Position numbers and translations under genes: made by a program
Assembly (NCBI GenBank): GCA_951406725.2
Contig: OX597818.1
Span: 142,476,001-142,540,000 of the forward strand
Reading direction: 5' to 3'
Length of the DNA: 64,000 nucleotides
DNA from: Octopus vulgaris
Lineage: Eukaryota
The notes under the pieces: generated by a model
Database searches by the model: none
What the model saw: only the letters and a program-made list of their open reading frames with translations
Told to the model about the DNA's origin: nothing
In this document: positions 50,254 to 63,589 of the stretch, one piece after another
How the letters are laid out: every line of letters starts with the position of its first letter
How positions within the stretch are numbered: the first letter of the stretch is position 1

Positions 50254-51678
50254 TTCTAGTTGTGAGCAACCAATCTTTGTCTAAGATGTTATAATGTATT
50301 TAGGACTACATTGCCCTTGATATACACATCCAACCTTTTTAAAATGATAGGATGGAATTTGAGGAAGATTTGGTTCTTGTGATACAAAGGGTGATATCAT
50401 TGATATCATCAGTTCAATGTCATCTCAGCTATCTAGTAAAATAATCCAAAATGTTTTAATGATTTCTTTCCACATATTTCATAAACTACATCTCTTATTA
50501 GTTCAGCAATACAGAATGTGGTTTTATCAAATTAAGAAAGGAAATCTCAATGTGGTTGCTCCACCTGCTAGAAATAGTAGTCAAATCTTCTTTAAACCAC
50601 ACCCAATTGTTTTGTTTTTTAGAGCATCTGTCAGTCAAGGTGGATCATGCTATCTACAGTCAACGGCACAAACCTCAGCAAGATTTTTTTGCGACAAACT
50701 TGCAGCTTCCCTCTCTTTATACTATGATGACGGTCCAAGGGAAAGCCCACCAACTTGGACAGATAAAGTTTGGCACAAGGACCATCAAAGGTATTGCTGT
50801 CAGAATGTAAAGATCTGGGACACATACTACAAGGTACCTTGCCTGATCATCTAACAGCTCTACAAATCCTTTATCCTGAGTTGGTAAACTTTTTATTGAC
50901 CCTGCAAGGATGAAAGGCAAAGTTGACTTTGGCATGATTTGAACTCAAATCACAGAGTTAGAACAAATACCATAAAGCATTGTTTCCAATGCTCTAATAG
51001 CTGCCATTTTACTGCTTTCAAATGCCTTTAACAAATTTTTTAAAAAATGACTATCCAATCCATTTTTTCCAGACATAGTATATCAAGGACTACAAGTGGA
51101 TAATGATAAAGAAAGGAAGGCAGATAGACTGCTTAGCCCCAGGTCAGTCTGAACTAAACAGTCCTATGAACTAAGGCATTCCAATCATGATCACCCAGTC
51201 TTTTTATATTTTCTCCACACGGTATATAAGAACCATATTATCCAATATGTTTTTCCTTTTACAAGGTAAAATGTGAAGGAGATTTGGCTGCTCTTTTTAG
51301 CAGATTAAATGATGTGTTGAGACTCCTTAAGATATTTGTGGTGGATGATTTAAGGCACGATTCCTAGGAGCAGAAAAGTGATAAAGAACAACAATACCAA
51401 CTACAAAAGAATAAGAATAAATAAATAAAAAATACTGACAGCAAGAAGTGAAAATAACACAAAACAAAAAAGCTGAAAATAAACAACAAAAACAGAGAGG
51501 GAAATCTTAGAAAGAAGAGGGGAGAGATCAACTTGTATGTCATTTCCTTCTAGAAAGGAAGAGACATCCTTTAATTTTATATGAGTAGTGTAGCAAAACC
51601 TCATATTTTGATGATTCATATATGCACACAGACAGACAGACAGACACACACACACACACACACACACTCATACACACT

Positions 51679-51725
<47 letters not shown>

Positions 51726-51851
51726 ATACACACACATGCTCGCAAATTTATAGTTTAATTAATGCACATATCTGTGCATAAATTCACACATACACACTTC
51801 CACATTAAATAACTAAACACACATCTTTTTCTCACTCTCTCTCTTCTGTGT

Positions 51852-51919
<68 letters not shown>

Positions 51920-52100
51920 ACACGCACTCAGTCACTCACAGTCATACACATACTCCATACATATGCATATACTCAAGCATTTATAAATCCACATAAGTAT
52001 TGAAACATACATTTACTACTGCGAATAGAGACATACAAATACACATTGCTTTTACATATACAGAAAAAAGTCATATATCAAGAAATCCATCATCAATCAC

Positions 52101-52132
<32 letters not shown>

Positions 52133-52399
52133 GCATATGCTGCATGCACACTTGTGTAGGCCCAGCTAAAAATAGTTGTCCAATGACAGGTGCAGGGTTT
52201 AAAATAGTGTTGATACACAACACTGTGTACAAGTGTCTATTCTGAGGAAATTAGGGTCAAAACTATCACCACATTTGCTGACAGCTAAATTGGGTGAAAG
52301 GAACGGAAAGCAGAAAAAGAAAAGAAAGAAGGAAAAGAATGAAGAAAGGACGGAGAAAGAAGACAAAGAAAATGAAAGATGAATGAAGAAAAAAGAATT

Positions 52400-53165
52400 T
52401 CTTTATTGAGCCTCTGGAAGGATGAAAGGTAAAGTTGTCCTTGGCAGGGTTTGAACTCAAACATAAAGAGCTGGAACTTCTACTCTACGCACAAGGCTTC
52501 AAATTTTAGAGGAGAGGACCAGTCGATTAGATTGATCTCAGTATGAAACTGGTACTTAATTTATTGATCCCAAAAGGATAAAAGGCAAAGTCGACCTTGG
52601 TGGAATTTGAACTCTGAATGTAAAGACAGACGAAATACAGCTAAGCATTTTGCCTAGCATGCTAATGTTTCAGCCAGCTCACTGCCTTAGCTGGAACAAA
52701 TATTGCAAGATATTTTGGTACTAATGAATCTGCCAATCCAATGCATTGATAATAATTATTATTGTTTCAAATTTAGGCACAAGCCCAGTAATTCTGTAAG
52801 TAGAAGATTAGTCAATACCACTGGCCCAGTACTTGACAAGTATACTATTTTATCAACCCCGACCAAAAGATAAAAGGAAAGACTCACTTCAAAGGGATAT
52901 GAACTCAGAATGTAAAAAGCTGAAGTAAACACTGCAAAGTGTCTGACACTAACAATTCTACCAGCTCACCACCTTTAATGGTTTCTAACATAGGCTCAAG
53001 GCCAGCAATTTGAAGAGAAAGAGTTAGTTGATAAAACAGATCCCAGTACTTGACAGGTACTGTATCAACCCTCAAAGGGTGAAAAGCAAAGTTGACCCCA
53101 GAGGGATTTAGACACAGAACAAATGCAAGGTATTTTTTCTAACAAACAATTCTGCCTACCCAGCA
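52400..53165 (-). mobile_element. Cluster of four SINE C-related copies, one nested
   Basis: aaaggcaaagt..gac...tttgaactc motif occurs four times; 52478-52688 has TSD agctggaac. Confidence 0.8.
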
Positions 53166-53639
53166 CAACAACGACAGGTTCACACTTACTACAAAGGTGA
53201 TAGATGAGGAACATGGCAAGAATGAATTACAAAAGCATAATGGGGATTTAGGCAGAATCATATATGGACAAATAAAGCAGGCATTGAAGAACGGCAGTAT
53301 ACAGAAGGATTGAAGTGAGCTGTCCCAATAGGAGGACAGAAACCAGTCAAGAAATGCCAGTGGATCTAAGATTACTCCAACTGCCAAGCGCAAGTGTCCT
53401 CTCTCAAGATGTATTCTCTAAACTACAGGTAAATGCCAAGTGTAGGCCCATTTAGTCAGGCCATGCTCACCACTCTCAACCAGACTTCAACAAAATTTTC
53501 TGACAGATAGCATCCCTCTCCACTCTAACCATTCAAGTAAAACCTGATGGATGCTTGGTTCAAGAGAAGAAGGTTTGTCTTCATTCTTTCAATTTTGTTT
53601 CTTCGTTGTATTTCTTTTACATTCATTTTTCCATGTTAA

Positions 53640-54009
53640 TGGAAGCACTCCATCGGTTATGACGATGAGGGTTCCGGTTGATCCGAATCAACAGAACAGC
53701 CTGCTCGTGAAATTAACATGTAAGTGGCTGAGCACTCCACAGACACGTGCACCCTTAACGTAGTTCTCGGGGATATTCAGCATGACACAGTGACAAGGCC
53801 GGCCCTTTGAAATACAGGTACAACAGAAAGAGGAAGTAAGAGTGAGAGAAAGTTGTGGTGAAAGAGTACAGCAGGGATCACCACCATCCCCTGCCGGAGC
53901 CTCGTGGAGCTTTAGGTGTTTTCGCTCAATAAACACTCACAACGCCCGGTCTGGGAATCGAAACCGCGATCCTACGACCGCAAGTCCGCTGCCCTAACCA
54001 CTAGGCCAT
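53640..54009 (-). mobile_element. SINE family B
   Basis: Reverse complement of the 32130 copy; flanking repeat ccatgttaat. Confidence 0.93.
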
Positions 54010-54434
54010 GTTAATATGGGTTAGACAAATACATACACTTGAGGAATTATTTTTTTGTAACTGTATGCCCTTCCTGTTATTGCCCTTACCTGTCTTTTTA
54101 AGTAAAGTTAATTTCATACCACTCTTCTTCAAACATATAGATCTACCTAATGATTTGTTGACAGAGAAATGCCAACATTATCACCATTTGTAGATCAGTG
54201 GTTTTTCATGTTTTAGGGAAACACAAAATTATGTAAACACACACAGAGACACTCATACATACAAATGTACACACACACAACCTTTTCCTGATTTCTGTCT
54301 ACTAAATTCATTTACAAAACATTGGTCAGCCCAGAGTTATAAAAATCTACAATCTCTCTTTTGCTTATAGCCAGCAAATAAAGGAAAACTGCTTGCTCTT
54401 CCTGACAAAAGGAAGAGTGACAGGTCAATCCCCA

Positions 54435-54763
54435 AGATTAACTTGGCTGTGCAACATAACGCCACAAGCTGACAATGCAAATATATGGGAAACTACCACC
54501 TGTGTCATCTCTTGTGAAAGGTAGGAGAGTCCAGTTTGCTGGACATTGTTGTAGAGCTGAAAAAGAAGTAATTTCTACTCTTCTCCTCTGGAAGCCATCT
54601 ACTCGCAATACCAGAGGGCACACACTCTCCTACCCTGATGTAATCTCCAGGGATACAGGCATCCAGCAACAGGACCTCTGTAATGCCATGATGGACCGTG
54701 AAGTCTGGCATAGCATGGTAAATTCCATTGTCTCGACCACAGTCGAACAATGATGAATGATGA
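54435..54763 (+). mobile_element. 3' end of an RTE-group (Proto2/RTEX-like) LINE
   Basis: Highly similar to 5930-6230. Confidence 0.78.
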
Positions 54764-54789
54764 GAACAATTTTGTTATCCCACACACAC

Positions 54790-55340
54790 ATATCTTGGAC
54801 AGTCCTGGCTGGCAGCACTTCTTACAAGTAAAGTTTTTCCAAGACTGATATTGCTCTCTTGTAGTAGTGCCAGGTCAGAACTGAAAGTCTTCTGTTATAT
54901 GCTGTTTAGTTGATATTCGTCAATATTCTGAGTGCCCTAGGAATACTGTTGATTTTGTTCACTACAAGTCCTCAATAGAATGCAATGGTTGATATACCAC
55001 TAATCACATTTTCCAAATGTGAGAGGACTGTAACATGTCGCAGCAATGGCTCAAGAGCCCAAAAGTACAGGAATGATGAGAGAGAGAATCCTTGATTTGA
55101 AACAGACCCAACTGGTGGTTATTTATTTTGACCACCAAGCAGATGTCACAGTACATTGAAGTGATCCAATCTCTGAAAGCAGGACTGAAACAAACTCCAC
55201 TGAGGACAGCCACCTTGTACTGACAGCTGACATTATCACCAACTTTAAACTGTTTCAAAGTGTCCCCACCAAAGCCAACTGTGTATCACATGAAATGAAG
55301 TTGCCTTGGTTATGAGCTGAGAATCACACAAAGAAAAGGT
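54790..55340 (-). pseudogene. L1/Tx1-clade RT fragment
   Basis: DNVSCQY..VL...FSPAFRDWITSMYCDI..VVKINNH..FQI resembles the Tx1 RT segment after KAFD. Confidence 0.65.
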
Positions 55341-55486
55341 CAATATATTAAGCCACACTATTATATGTATATTAAGATAGGAGAAGGGATGTATATGCAC
55401 ACTGATACACATATTTATATACAATTATGTACACACATATATATGCACATATATCCATATATACAACTTATATGTATGCATACACA

Positions 55487-55739
55487 CATATTCTGTTGTG
55501 TCTGGGGAGAGTCATTCTCTTTTAGTGCCTTATTATTTAACACACTCACCGGTAACATTTCCACTTATTTCTTATTTTTATATTCTAAAATTTTCATTGC
55601 GTCTTGCAACCTTTTCAATAGTTTTGACTCTCAGAGTATAGAATATAAAAATAAGAAATAAGTGGAAATTTTACTGGTGAGTGTGTTAAATAATAAGGCA
55701 CTAAAAGAGAATGACTCTCCCCAGACACAACAGAATATG
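55487..55739. repeat. 101-bp inverted repeat with a 51-bp spacer
   Basis: 55487-55587 is the reverse complement of 55639-55739 with 2 mismatches. Confidence 0.95.
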
Positions 55740-56761
55740 CTTCAACACACGAACTCATATAAAGAATCTTGCAAACCAAATCCCAAAATTAAACATACAC
55801 ACATAGTCTTACAAATATTCATAAAGGGAGAAGAAGCAATAGATAGGTAGACAAACATTTTGATTGACTGATAAACAGTTAAGAAGAAAGTTAATACATA
55901 GATTAGTTTGCCAAACAGATTTATTGATATGAAGATTAGCTGATGGGGATGGTGTAGACAAAACCAAACAACACAGACAGGCGGAAGAGACAACACAGAC
56001 ATGTGGATAGTGTAGATACATATCTATTGGAACTCATAAAAACTAATTGAAAATGAAGGAAAAGACAAATCTAGTTTTTCTATATGAAACAAATTATATA
56101 AAAAGTGTGAAGAATTTGATTAAATTAAGTAGGACGAGTAAATATATTAATATACATTTTTCATGTGAATATTTATGTGTGTGCTGGATTAAGATAATAG
56201 CATTAAATCAATAATTCCGATATTTTTGCTAGACCCTTCTACCTACATCTGTCTGTTCTGTGCCAAATGTTAACAGCCTTTAAGGTACAGAATGTTTTGG
56301 GGAGCAGGGAGAAAGGCAAACCATGATTCTAGCTATCATTCCAATGAAATATCTGACCTGTGACGAATCCTATATTGAGAAGCTTCCCAAATAGTAGACA
56401 GACTATGTTAGCTGCCTGGCTGTCTGAATAGACTGAGAGATGGTTGGATGGCCAAATAAACAAACAGTCAGATAAACAAAATTTTAGATGGAATGAACAG
56501 AATAATTGACAAACAGACAAACAGATACGTGCACAGATGACAAAACAGATAGCTAACCAACCATGAATTATATATGCCAGCCTTTTGTGCAAAATACCAT
56601 TCTGGAAACTAGGACAGAATGGCCATCAATCCAGAACAAGACAAAGTCTTTTAATTTCTAAACTAAAGAAGAGGGAAGTATTTCTACAAAATACAAAAAG
56701 AATTTGATTGTTATTTAAAATTATGTAAAAATATTTGAACCTCAATAAACATAGTGATATA

Positions 56762-57155
56762 TGCATGGCATCATGGTTAATATGTTTGCTTTCCAACCAC
56801 ATGGTTCCAGGTTCAGTCCCACTGTATGGCACCTTGGGCAAGTGTCTTCTTCTATAACCGCAATCTGACCAAAGCTTTGTGAGTGGATTTGGTAGACAGA
56901 AACTGAAAGAAGCCAGTTGTGTGTGTGTGTGTGTGTGTGTGTATTTGTGTCTGTGTTTGTCCTCCCATCATTGCTTGACAAACGATACTGGTGTATTTAT
57001 GTCCCTGTAACTTAGTGGTTTGGCAAAAGAGACTAATAAAATAAGTACTAAGCTTACAAAGACTAAGTCCAGGGGTCAATTTGTTCGACTAAAAGCGGTG
57101 CTCCAGCATCGCTACAGTCAAATGGCTGAAACAACTAAAAGAGAGTAAAAGAGAA
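56762..57155 (+). mobile_element. SINE family A
   Basis: Full head, (TG)n and tail. Confidence 0.9.
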
Positions 57156-57159
57156 TATA

Positions 57160-58438
57160 CAGGGGTTGGACAAAATAATGGAAACACCTAGCATCATAGC
57201 ATCATAATTTTGAAATATCTATAAAACTGCCAAAAGTTTATTTATTATTATGTTTTTTGATTTATTATTAGTGTTGCTTAATATGTTTTGCTAAAATTAC
57301 TGTTTCTTTTCAGATATCATCAGAAAAAAGGGCAATTAAAATTCATTAAAATGACAGATCTATCGCACTTTCAAAGAGGTCGAATTGTTGGTGCTCGTAT
57401 GGCAAGTGCTAGTGTAATGAAAACAGCTGAAATGTTTGGTGTATCAAGAAGTACTGTCTTGAAAGTAATGACAGCCTTTGAGAAAGATGGAAAAACCTCC
57501 TTGTTGAAACAAAACTCCGGAAGAAAACCCAAACTTTCAGATAGGGACCATCGGACTTACGCTAACTGTTAGAAAAGATCACAAAAGTACAGCTCCCAAA
57601 ATTACTGCAGAGCTTAATGACCACCTCGAGAACCCAGTTTCCACGGAAACTGTTCACCAGGAGCTGCACAAAGCTGGATTTCATGAGAGGGCTGCAATCA
57701 GATAACCACTACTTTCAAAACAAATGTTGCAAAGCATTTAGAGTGGAGTAAAAACCTACAGAATTGGTTCCTAGAGCAGTGGAAGAATGTTATTTTCTCG
57801 GACGAGTCATCCTTTACCTTATTTCCGACCACCGGCTGAGTACACATGTGAAAACAGCCAAAAGAAGCATTAGACCCAGACTGCCTTCTTCCAACTGTTA
57901 AACATGGAGGAGGATCTGTGATGATCGGGGAGGGGGGTGCTATATCTTGGAAATCTACTGGCCTAATGGTTTCCCTTTATGGTAGAATTAATAGTGAACA
58001 CTATTTAAGCATTTTAATCTGATCAAATTCACCTTATGGTTGCAGAACTATTTCCATAGGGAAACGCAATCTTTCAGGATGATAATGCACCAATTCACAC
58101 AGCTAAAGTTGTTACTGAATGGCACGAGGAACATTCTAGTGAAGTTGAACATCTTATCTGGCCACCACAGTCCCCTGATCTCAATATTATTGAACATTTA
58201 TGGTGCATTTTAGAAAAGCAAGTAAGGAGTTGATATCCTCCACCATCATCACTACAAGAACAGGAGACTGTTTTAGCTGAAGAATGGACAAAAATTCCTT
58301 TGGAAACAATTCAAACTTTGTAATGAGTCCATATCTCATAGAATTCAAGTTGTAATTACTGCCAAAGGCGCTCCTACTCCATATTAAAGTAAATTTTTTG
58401 AAATTTTAAGGTGTTTCCATTATTTTGTCCAACCCCTG
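57160..58438 (+). mobile_element. Full-length dead Tc1-like transposon with a DD36E triad
   Basis: Perfect 30-bp TIR caggggttggacaaaataatggaaacacct; ATG 57351; FSDES, QDDNAPIH, SPDLNIIE; frameshifts and stops. Confidence 0.95.
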
Positions 58439-58751
58439 CCATGCAGCTACAATCATGCTGGAGCATTTTGTTTTACAGCCATTTTTCCATGTTAACATGG
58501 GTTAGAAGAATATATAAGTGAGACATTGTTTTCCAACCAGATACTCTTCCTGACAGTAACCTTTCAAGTAAGGAGTCACAGACAAGTAAATACACACACA
58601 CATATACACAGCTTTTTCAATTTTCAACTGCGAAATCCACTCACAAAGGCTTTGGCTTATCTGGGACTACAGAAGAAGACACTCGTGCAAAACACCATGC
58701 AGAGGGAATGAACCTAAAATCATGAATGAGAAGCAAATTTCTTAATTACAC

Positions 58752-58812
<61 letters not shown>

Positions 58813-59532
58813 ACACCCAGCCAAGGTTTGTTTACGTCCCTATAACTTAGAAGCTTAACTAAAAGAAAAAAAGTAAGAACTGTTAGTATAAGTAATAAAC
58901 TTAGAATAAACGCTAGAGTGGACTTGATTCACCAAAACCCTTCAAACAGTGCTCCAGTATGACCACAGTCCAGTGAATGAAGTAATAAAGGAATAGAAAG
59001 CTACATAAATTGTTGACAAGGTTAACACTCATTTTTTTATTTCAATATCTTTTTCACTCATACAAAAACGGAGCACAGATGGGTCAAGACACTCTGGAGT
59101 TAAGTTATTTGTTTTGGTCAAAATGTAGCAAGATGGAGAATGCTTAATGAAGTCGCAGGAAGAGTATTTGCTGCTCAAGACAAAGTAAAATGTGATCTCA
59201 TATGGAATGCTTAAGTGTAACATTTGTTTACAAGATATGATCTAATACCAGAGGATGTATACTTGAGCTTATCCCAGCTTATGTATTTATATTGTGCTTT
59301 GAGTGGATCAAGAACATCCTGGTTGGAAAATAAAGTGGTGGAAGCAACACTTCAATGAATGATGGATAGAAGTAGGTTCTGAGAATTAACCTATTTTAAT
59401 TCTAAAATGAAAGTGATTGGTTAGACAGAAGTGGTTTACAGAAACAGGTCGGAGAAGTTGGAGATTTTGGGTTATTAGCATATATTAATAGCCAGATGAA
59501 TCAATTATCTTTAAGTACTACACCTCTACATA

Positions 59533-59940
59533 TCTTTTATCTTTTACTTGTTTCAGTCATTTGACTCTGGCCACACTGGAGCACCACCTAGAAGGGTTTT
59601 AGCCAAACAAATCAACCCCAAGATTTAATTTTTTTAAAACCTAGTACATATTCTATCAGTCCATTTTGCAGAACTGTAAGTTACAGGGATGTAAACACAC
59701 CAACACCAGTTGTCAAGTGATGATGGGGGAACACACACAGATATATCATCATCATCATCATCGTTTAACGTCTGTTTTCCATGCTAGCATGGGTTGGACA
59801 GTTCGAGCGGGGTCTGGGAAGCCAGGAGGCTGCATCAGGCTCCAGTCTGATCTGGCAGTGTTTCTACAGCTGGATGCCCTTCCTAACGCCAACCACTCCA
59901 TGAGTGTAGTGGGTGCTTTTTATGTGCCACCGGCACAGAC
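59533..59940 (-). mobile_element. SINE A 3' part followed by a family D element
   Basis: SINE A 59533-59740; (CAT)n-led family D 59745-59940. Confidence 0.85.
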
Positions 59941-59945
59941 GTGCC

Positions 59946-60017
<72 letters not shown>

Positions 60018-60108
60018 TACACTTTTTCAAGATCAGTGATGAAAAGTCACTGGAAAAAGGATATATGTATTTGCATTGGGACACTTCCATCAAAAACCGG
60101 TGATTGTC

Positions 60109-60151
60109 GTACACTGATGACGGGTCAATACCCAGAAACTGCAGTCTGTGT
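60109..60151 (+). ncRNA. Minimal type I hammerhead ribozyme with an intact core
   Basis: gtaca-CTGATGA-c gggt caat accc a-GAA-ACTGCAGT-C-tgtgt; predicted cleavage after C60146. Confidence 0.78.
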
Positions 60152-60207
60152 GTATCACTTAGGTTGACGAGGGAAGGATGACCTCCCTTTGCAAATATAT
60201 AATATAT

Positions 60208-60532
60208 AATAATGAAATTATTGTATACAGTGCTCAGGTGCACCACAACTTGTCAGAGTATATGCAGTAATGTACAAATGTCTGGAAAGCGAACAATGCA
60301 TGAGTCAGATACATGCCTGCGTGTGTATGGAGGGGAGAAAATCAGGTGTAGTGTTGGCGAATCTCAGAAAGCATGGAAGTTTTGAAGGATGCAGTGCTCC
60401 GACAACTAACAACTGATGCCGGCAGTTTGTTCCATGCTTCAGCAACTCTCAGCGTGAAAAAATGTTTCCTGAAGTCATGGGAGCTGTGCTGTTTTCTGAC
60501 TTTGTAAATATGTCCACGGGTGTTAGATGGGT
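60208..60532 (-). mobile_element. CR1-like LINE 3' end
   Basis: TRGHIYKVRKQHSSHDFRKHFFTLRVAEAWNKLP; same family as 41695. Confidence 0.9.
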
Positions 60533-60648
60533 GGATAGGGCACAGAAAGTGTGTCAATAGCCAGCTGGAGAAGATGTTCTCCTGGGGTTACAAGCTACAG
60601 TAACATTCACTCTTAGTGGTTAGCCATATTTAGATGGCAAATATACTT

Positions 60649-60693
<45 letters not shown>

Positions 60694-61019
60694 CATGATG
60701 GATATATATATTTGATGTGTGTGTGTGTATATACACACACACACACATACACACACACACATACACACACACACACATACACACACACACACACTAGCAA
60801 TGTATCCTGGCATTGCCTGGGTGTTATGACCTACAGCCACACTGTATTATTTGCTCCCTTCGTACAGGCAGAATTGGCACAGCTGATATATAGTGAACTG
60901 AATTACTGGTATAATGGAAGTTACTGTTTGTTTAAAGTGAAGGTGGAGGCAGATACAATTTGCATGGATTTGCATGAACGTGCTTTCTGTTCTTAAGAAA
61001 GATCACAAACTATGTATCA

Positions 61020-62549
61020 TTTCATTATATAAAAGGGGGTTAATTCGATAACGTGATTTTGCCCAGAAATTCCATTTTCAAAATTCTAATTTCCCCCATT
61101 CCCCACCGCAATTTCTTGATTTCTAACTCTTTCAAATTTCTTTTTTATCCACATAGAAAAATACAGAGATCACAAATCTGGGAAATATATATTTTTTAAA
61201 GTTTAATTTTTCTTAAATGCTCCTTCCTCCACCTCGCCCACCGATCACCTACCTGCTTTCAAAATGCTAAAACCTCCCAATGTTTCACTTTTGTCTGATA
61301 TTTCATGCATGCATAGAGGAGGAAGCACTCCGTCGGTTACAACGATGAGGGTTCCGGTTGATCCGAATCAACAGAACAGCCTGCTCATGAAATTAACGTG
61401 TAAGTGGCTGAGCACTCCACAGACACGTGCACCCTTAACGTAGTTCTCAGGGATATTCAAACCGCGATTCTATGACCGCGAGTCCGCTGCCCTAACCACT
61501 GGGCCATTGCGCCTCCGCATGCATAGAATTGTATTGAAACAGCAGATGTAAAAAATACCAGACCACCACCAGAAAACTCAACATGCTAGAAACAACAAGT
61601 AAACGACATTATTTCTGAAGAAACTTCCCTGCTTTCTAAAAAGCTAAAAATGAAACATTGGGAGTTTGTAGCTTTTTGAAAGTGGTAAGGTGATGGGTGG
61701 ATGTTAGGGAAGGAGATTTTAGTGTATCTTTAAGAAAAAAGGAAGAAAATTCTTAAAGATTTGTACTCTCTGTTTTTTTTTACCATAGATTATCAAGAAA
61801 AAAAATGTGGAAAAAAGTTTTTTAAAAAATGAAGAAATTGGGGTGGGGAGGGAGAAAATAAAAATATTGAGGTGTTTTGAGGGCGAAATTTTAATCTCCT
61901 GTATGGAAAACATAGGAATTAGAAGAAATTTAGGAAAAAAATAAGGGGTGGGGTGCAAATGTCACTTTGGACAATCTAGAAACAACAGGTAAAGGACAGG
62001 ATTTCTAGGAAAACCTCCTTTTAAGTTTATATTGAAGATCAGGTTTTTAAAAACGCTCATCACAAACATGAGTTACAGAATAGAAAAAGGTCATTTCAAT
62101 TGGATTTGAGCTGTAATTTTGCATATGCACACAGTAAGAAATAACATAAGTCATACAGAAGTTTTACTGTGTGTGCATACATGTGCATATATGTGTGTGC
62201 ACCAAAGTAGTTATTTTATGACATTCTTTCATTTGAAGCTGCAAAACTGTCAACTCGATTATATGGTTGAATATACGGGATCATGTGATTGATTGTTCGT
62301 TAATTTCTGTAAAAATTTTTATTTCTTTATGCTTTGAAGAGAGCAGAAACTGAGAGGGAGAAGAAAGTGAAAAGGCAACATTCGCTTTGGAGTGAGAGCA
62401 GAAAGTAAAAGAGAGGAGAAAGTGAAAGATGTAAGCTTGTGTATATGAAATGGATGTGTGTGTGTGTGTGAGAGAGAGAGAGTAAGTGAAGGTGTGTGGT
62501 GTGTTGTCATGTATGTATTTTTTGCATGTATGTGTAAGTGGCACTCAAT

Positions 62550-62607
<58 letters not shown>

Positions 62608-62610
62608 CAC
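61020..62610. mobile_element. Old unclassified element with a long degenerate internal inverted repeat, possibly Helitron-related
   Basis: About 61055-61295 is an imperfect reverse complement of 61645-61890; 62280-62600 resembles 23600-23900. Confidence 0.45.
61321..61516 (-). mobile_element. SINE family B with a large internal deletion
   Basis: TSD gcatgcataga; junction gatattca|aaccgcg. Confidence 0.9.
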
Positions 62611-62777
62611 ACACAATGGTCTGCTTTCAGTCTCCATCTACCAAATCCACTCACAGGGCTTTGGTCAGCCTGAGCCTATAGTAGAAGGCATGGCATATTG
62701 GTACAAAAAAATGTGTGGGTGTAAAAGAATATATATAACATATGATAAAATTGCATGGAAGAGTATATATATATATA

Positions 62778-63163
62778 TGGAAGCACTCCGTCGGTTACGA
62801 CGACGAGGGTTCCGGTTGATCCGAATCAACGAAACAGCCTGCTCATGAAATTAACGTGTAAGTGGCTGAGCACTCCACAGACACGTGCACCCTTAACGTA
62901 GTTCTCGGGGATATTCAGCGTGACACAGAGAGTGACAAGGCCGGCCCTTTGAAATACAGGTACAACAGAAACAGGAAGTAAGAGTGAGAGAAAGTTGTGG
63001 TGAAAGAGTACAGCAGGGATCACCACCATCCCCTGCTGGAGATTCGTGGAGCTTTTAGGTGTTTTTGCTCAATAAACACTCACAATGCCCAGTCTGGGAA
63101 TCAAAACCGCGATCCTATGACCGTGAGTCCGCTGCCCTAACCACTGGGCCATTGCGCCTCCAC
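62778..63163 (-). mobile_element. SINE family B, full length
   Basis: Reverse complement of the 32130 copy, inserted in (TA)n. Confidence 0.95.
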
Positions 63164-63389
63164 ACATATATATATATATGTATGTATGCATGTAAAAGTT
63201 TGAATGTATGAGAAGTCTAGGGGGATAATGTGGTGATGGTAAGCTGCTCCCAGTTATCTAACTCAATGATTCAGGTCTTGTATGCTATTGAGTTCTGAAG
63301 ATTGAGATTGAACGAGCATTTGCCCCTTTGCTTGATCTGAGTCATTAACACAGAAGTACCCAATACCCTGGGATAGCCATTAACACATA

Positions 63390-63535
63390 CATGTAAGCTT
63401 GCTTCCTAAGTGCATGGTTCTGGGTTCAGTCCCACTGCATGGCACCTTGGGCAACTGTCTTCCTATATAGCCTTGGGCCGACCAAAGGCTTTGTGAGTGG
63501 ATCTGATATACAGAAACTGAAGAAGCTCATCATAT

Positions 63536-63589
<54 letters not shown>

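Noticed and set aside
50417-50854. 145-aa ORF
   Set aside because: Runs through repeat family E; no recognisable homology or exon boundaries.
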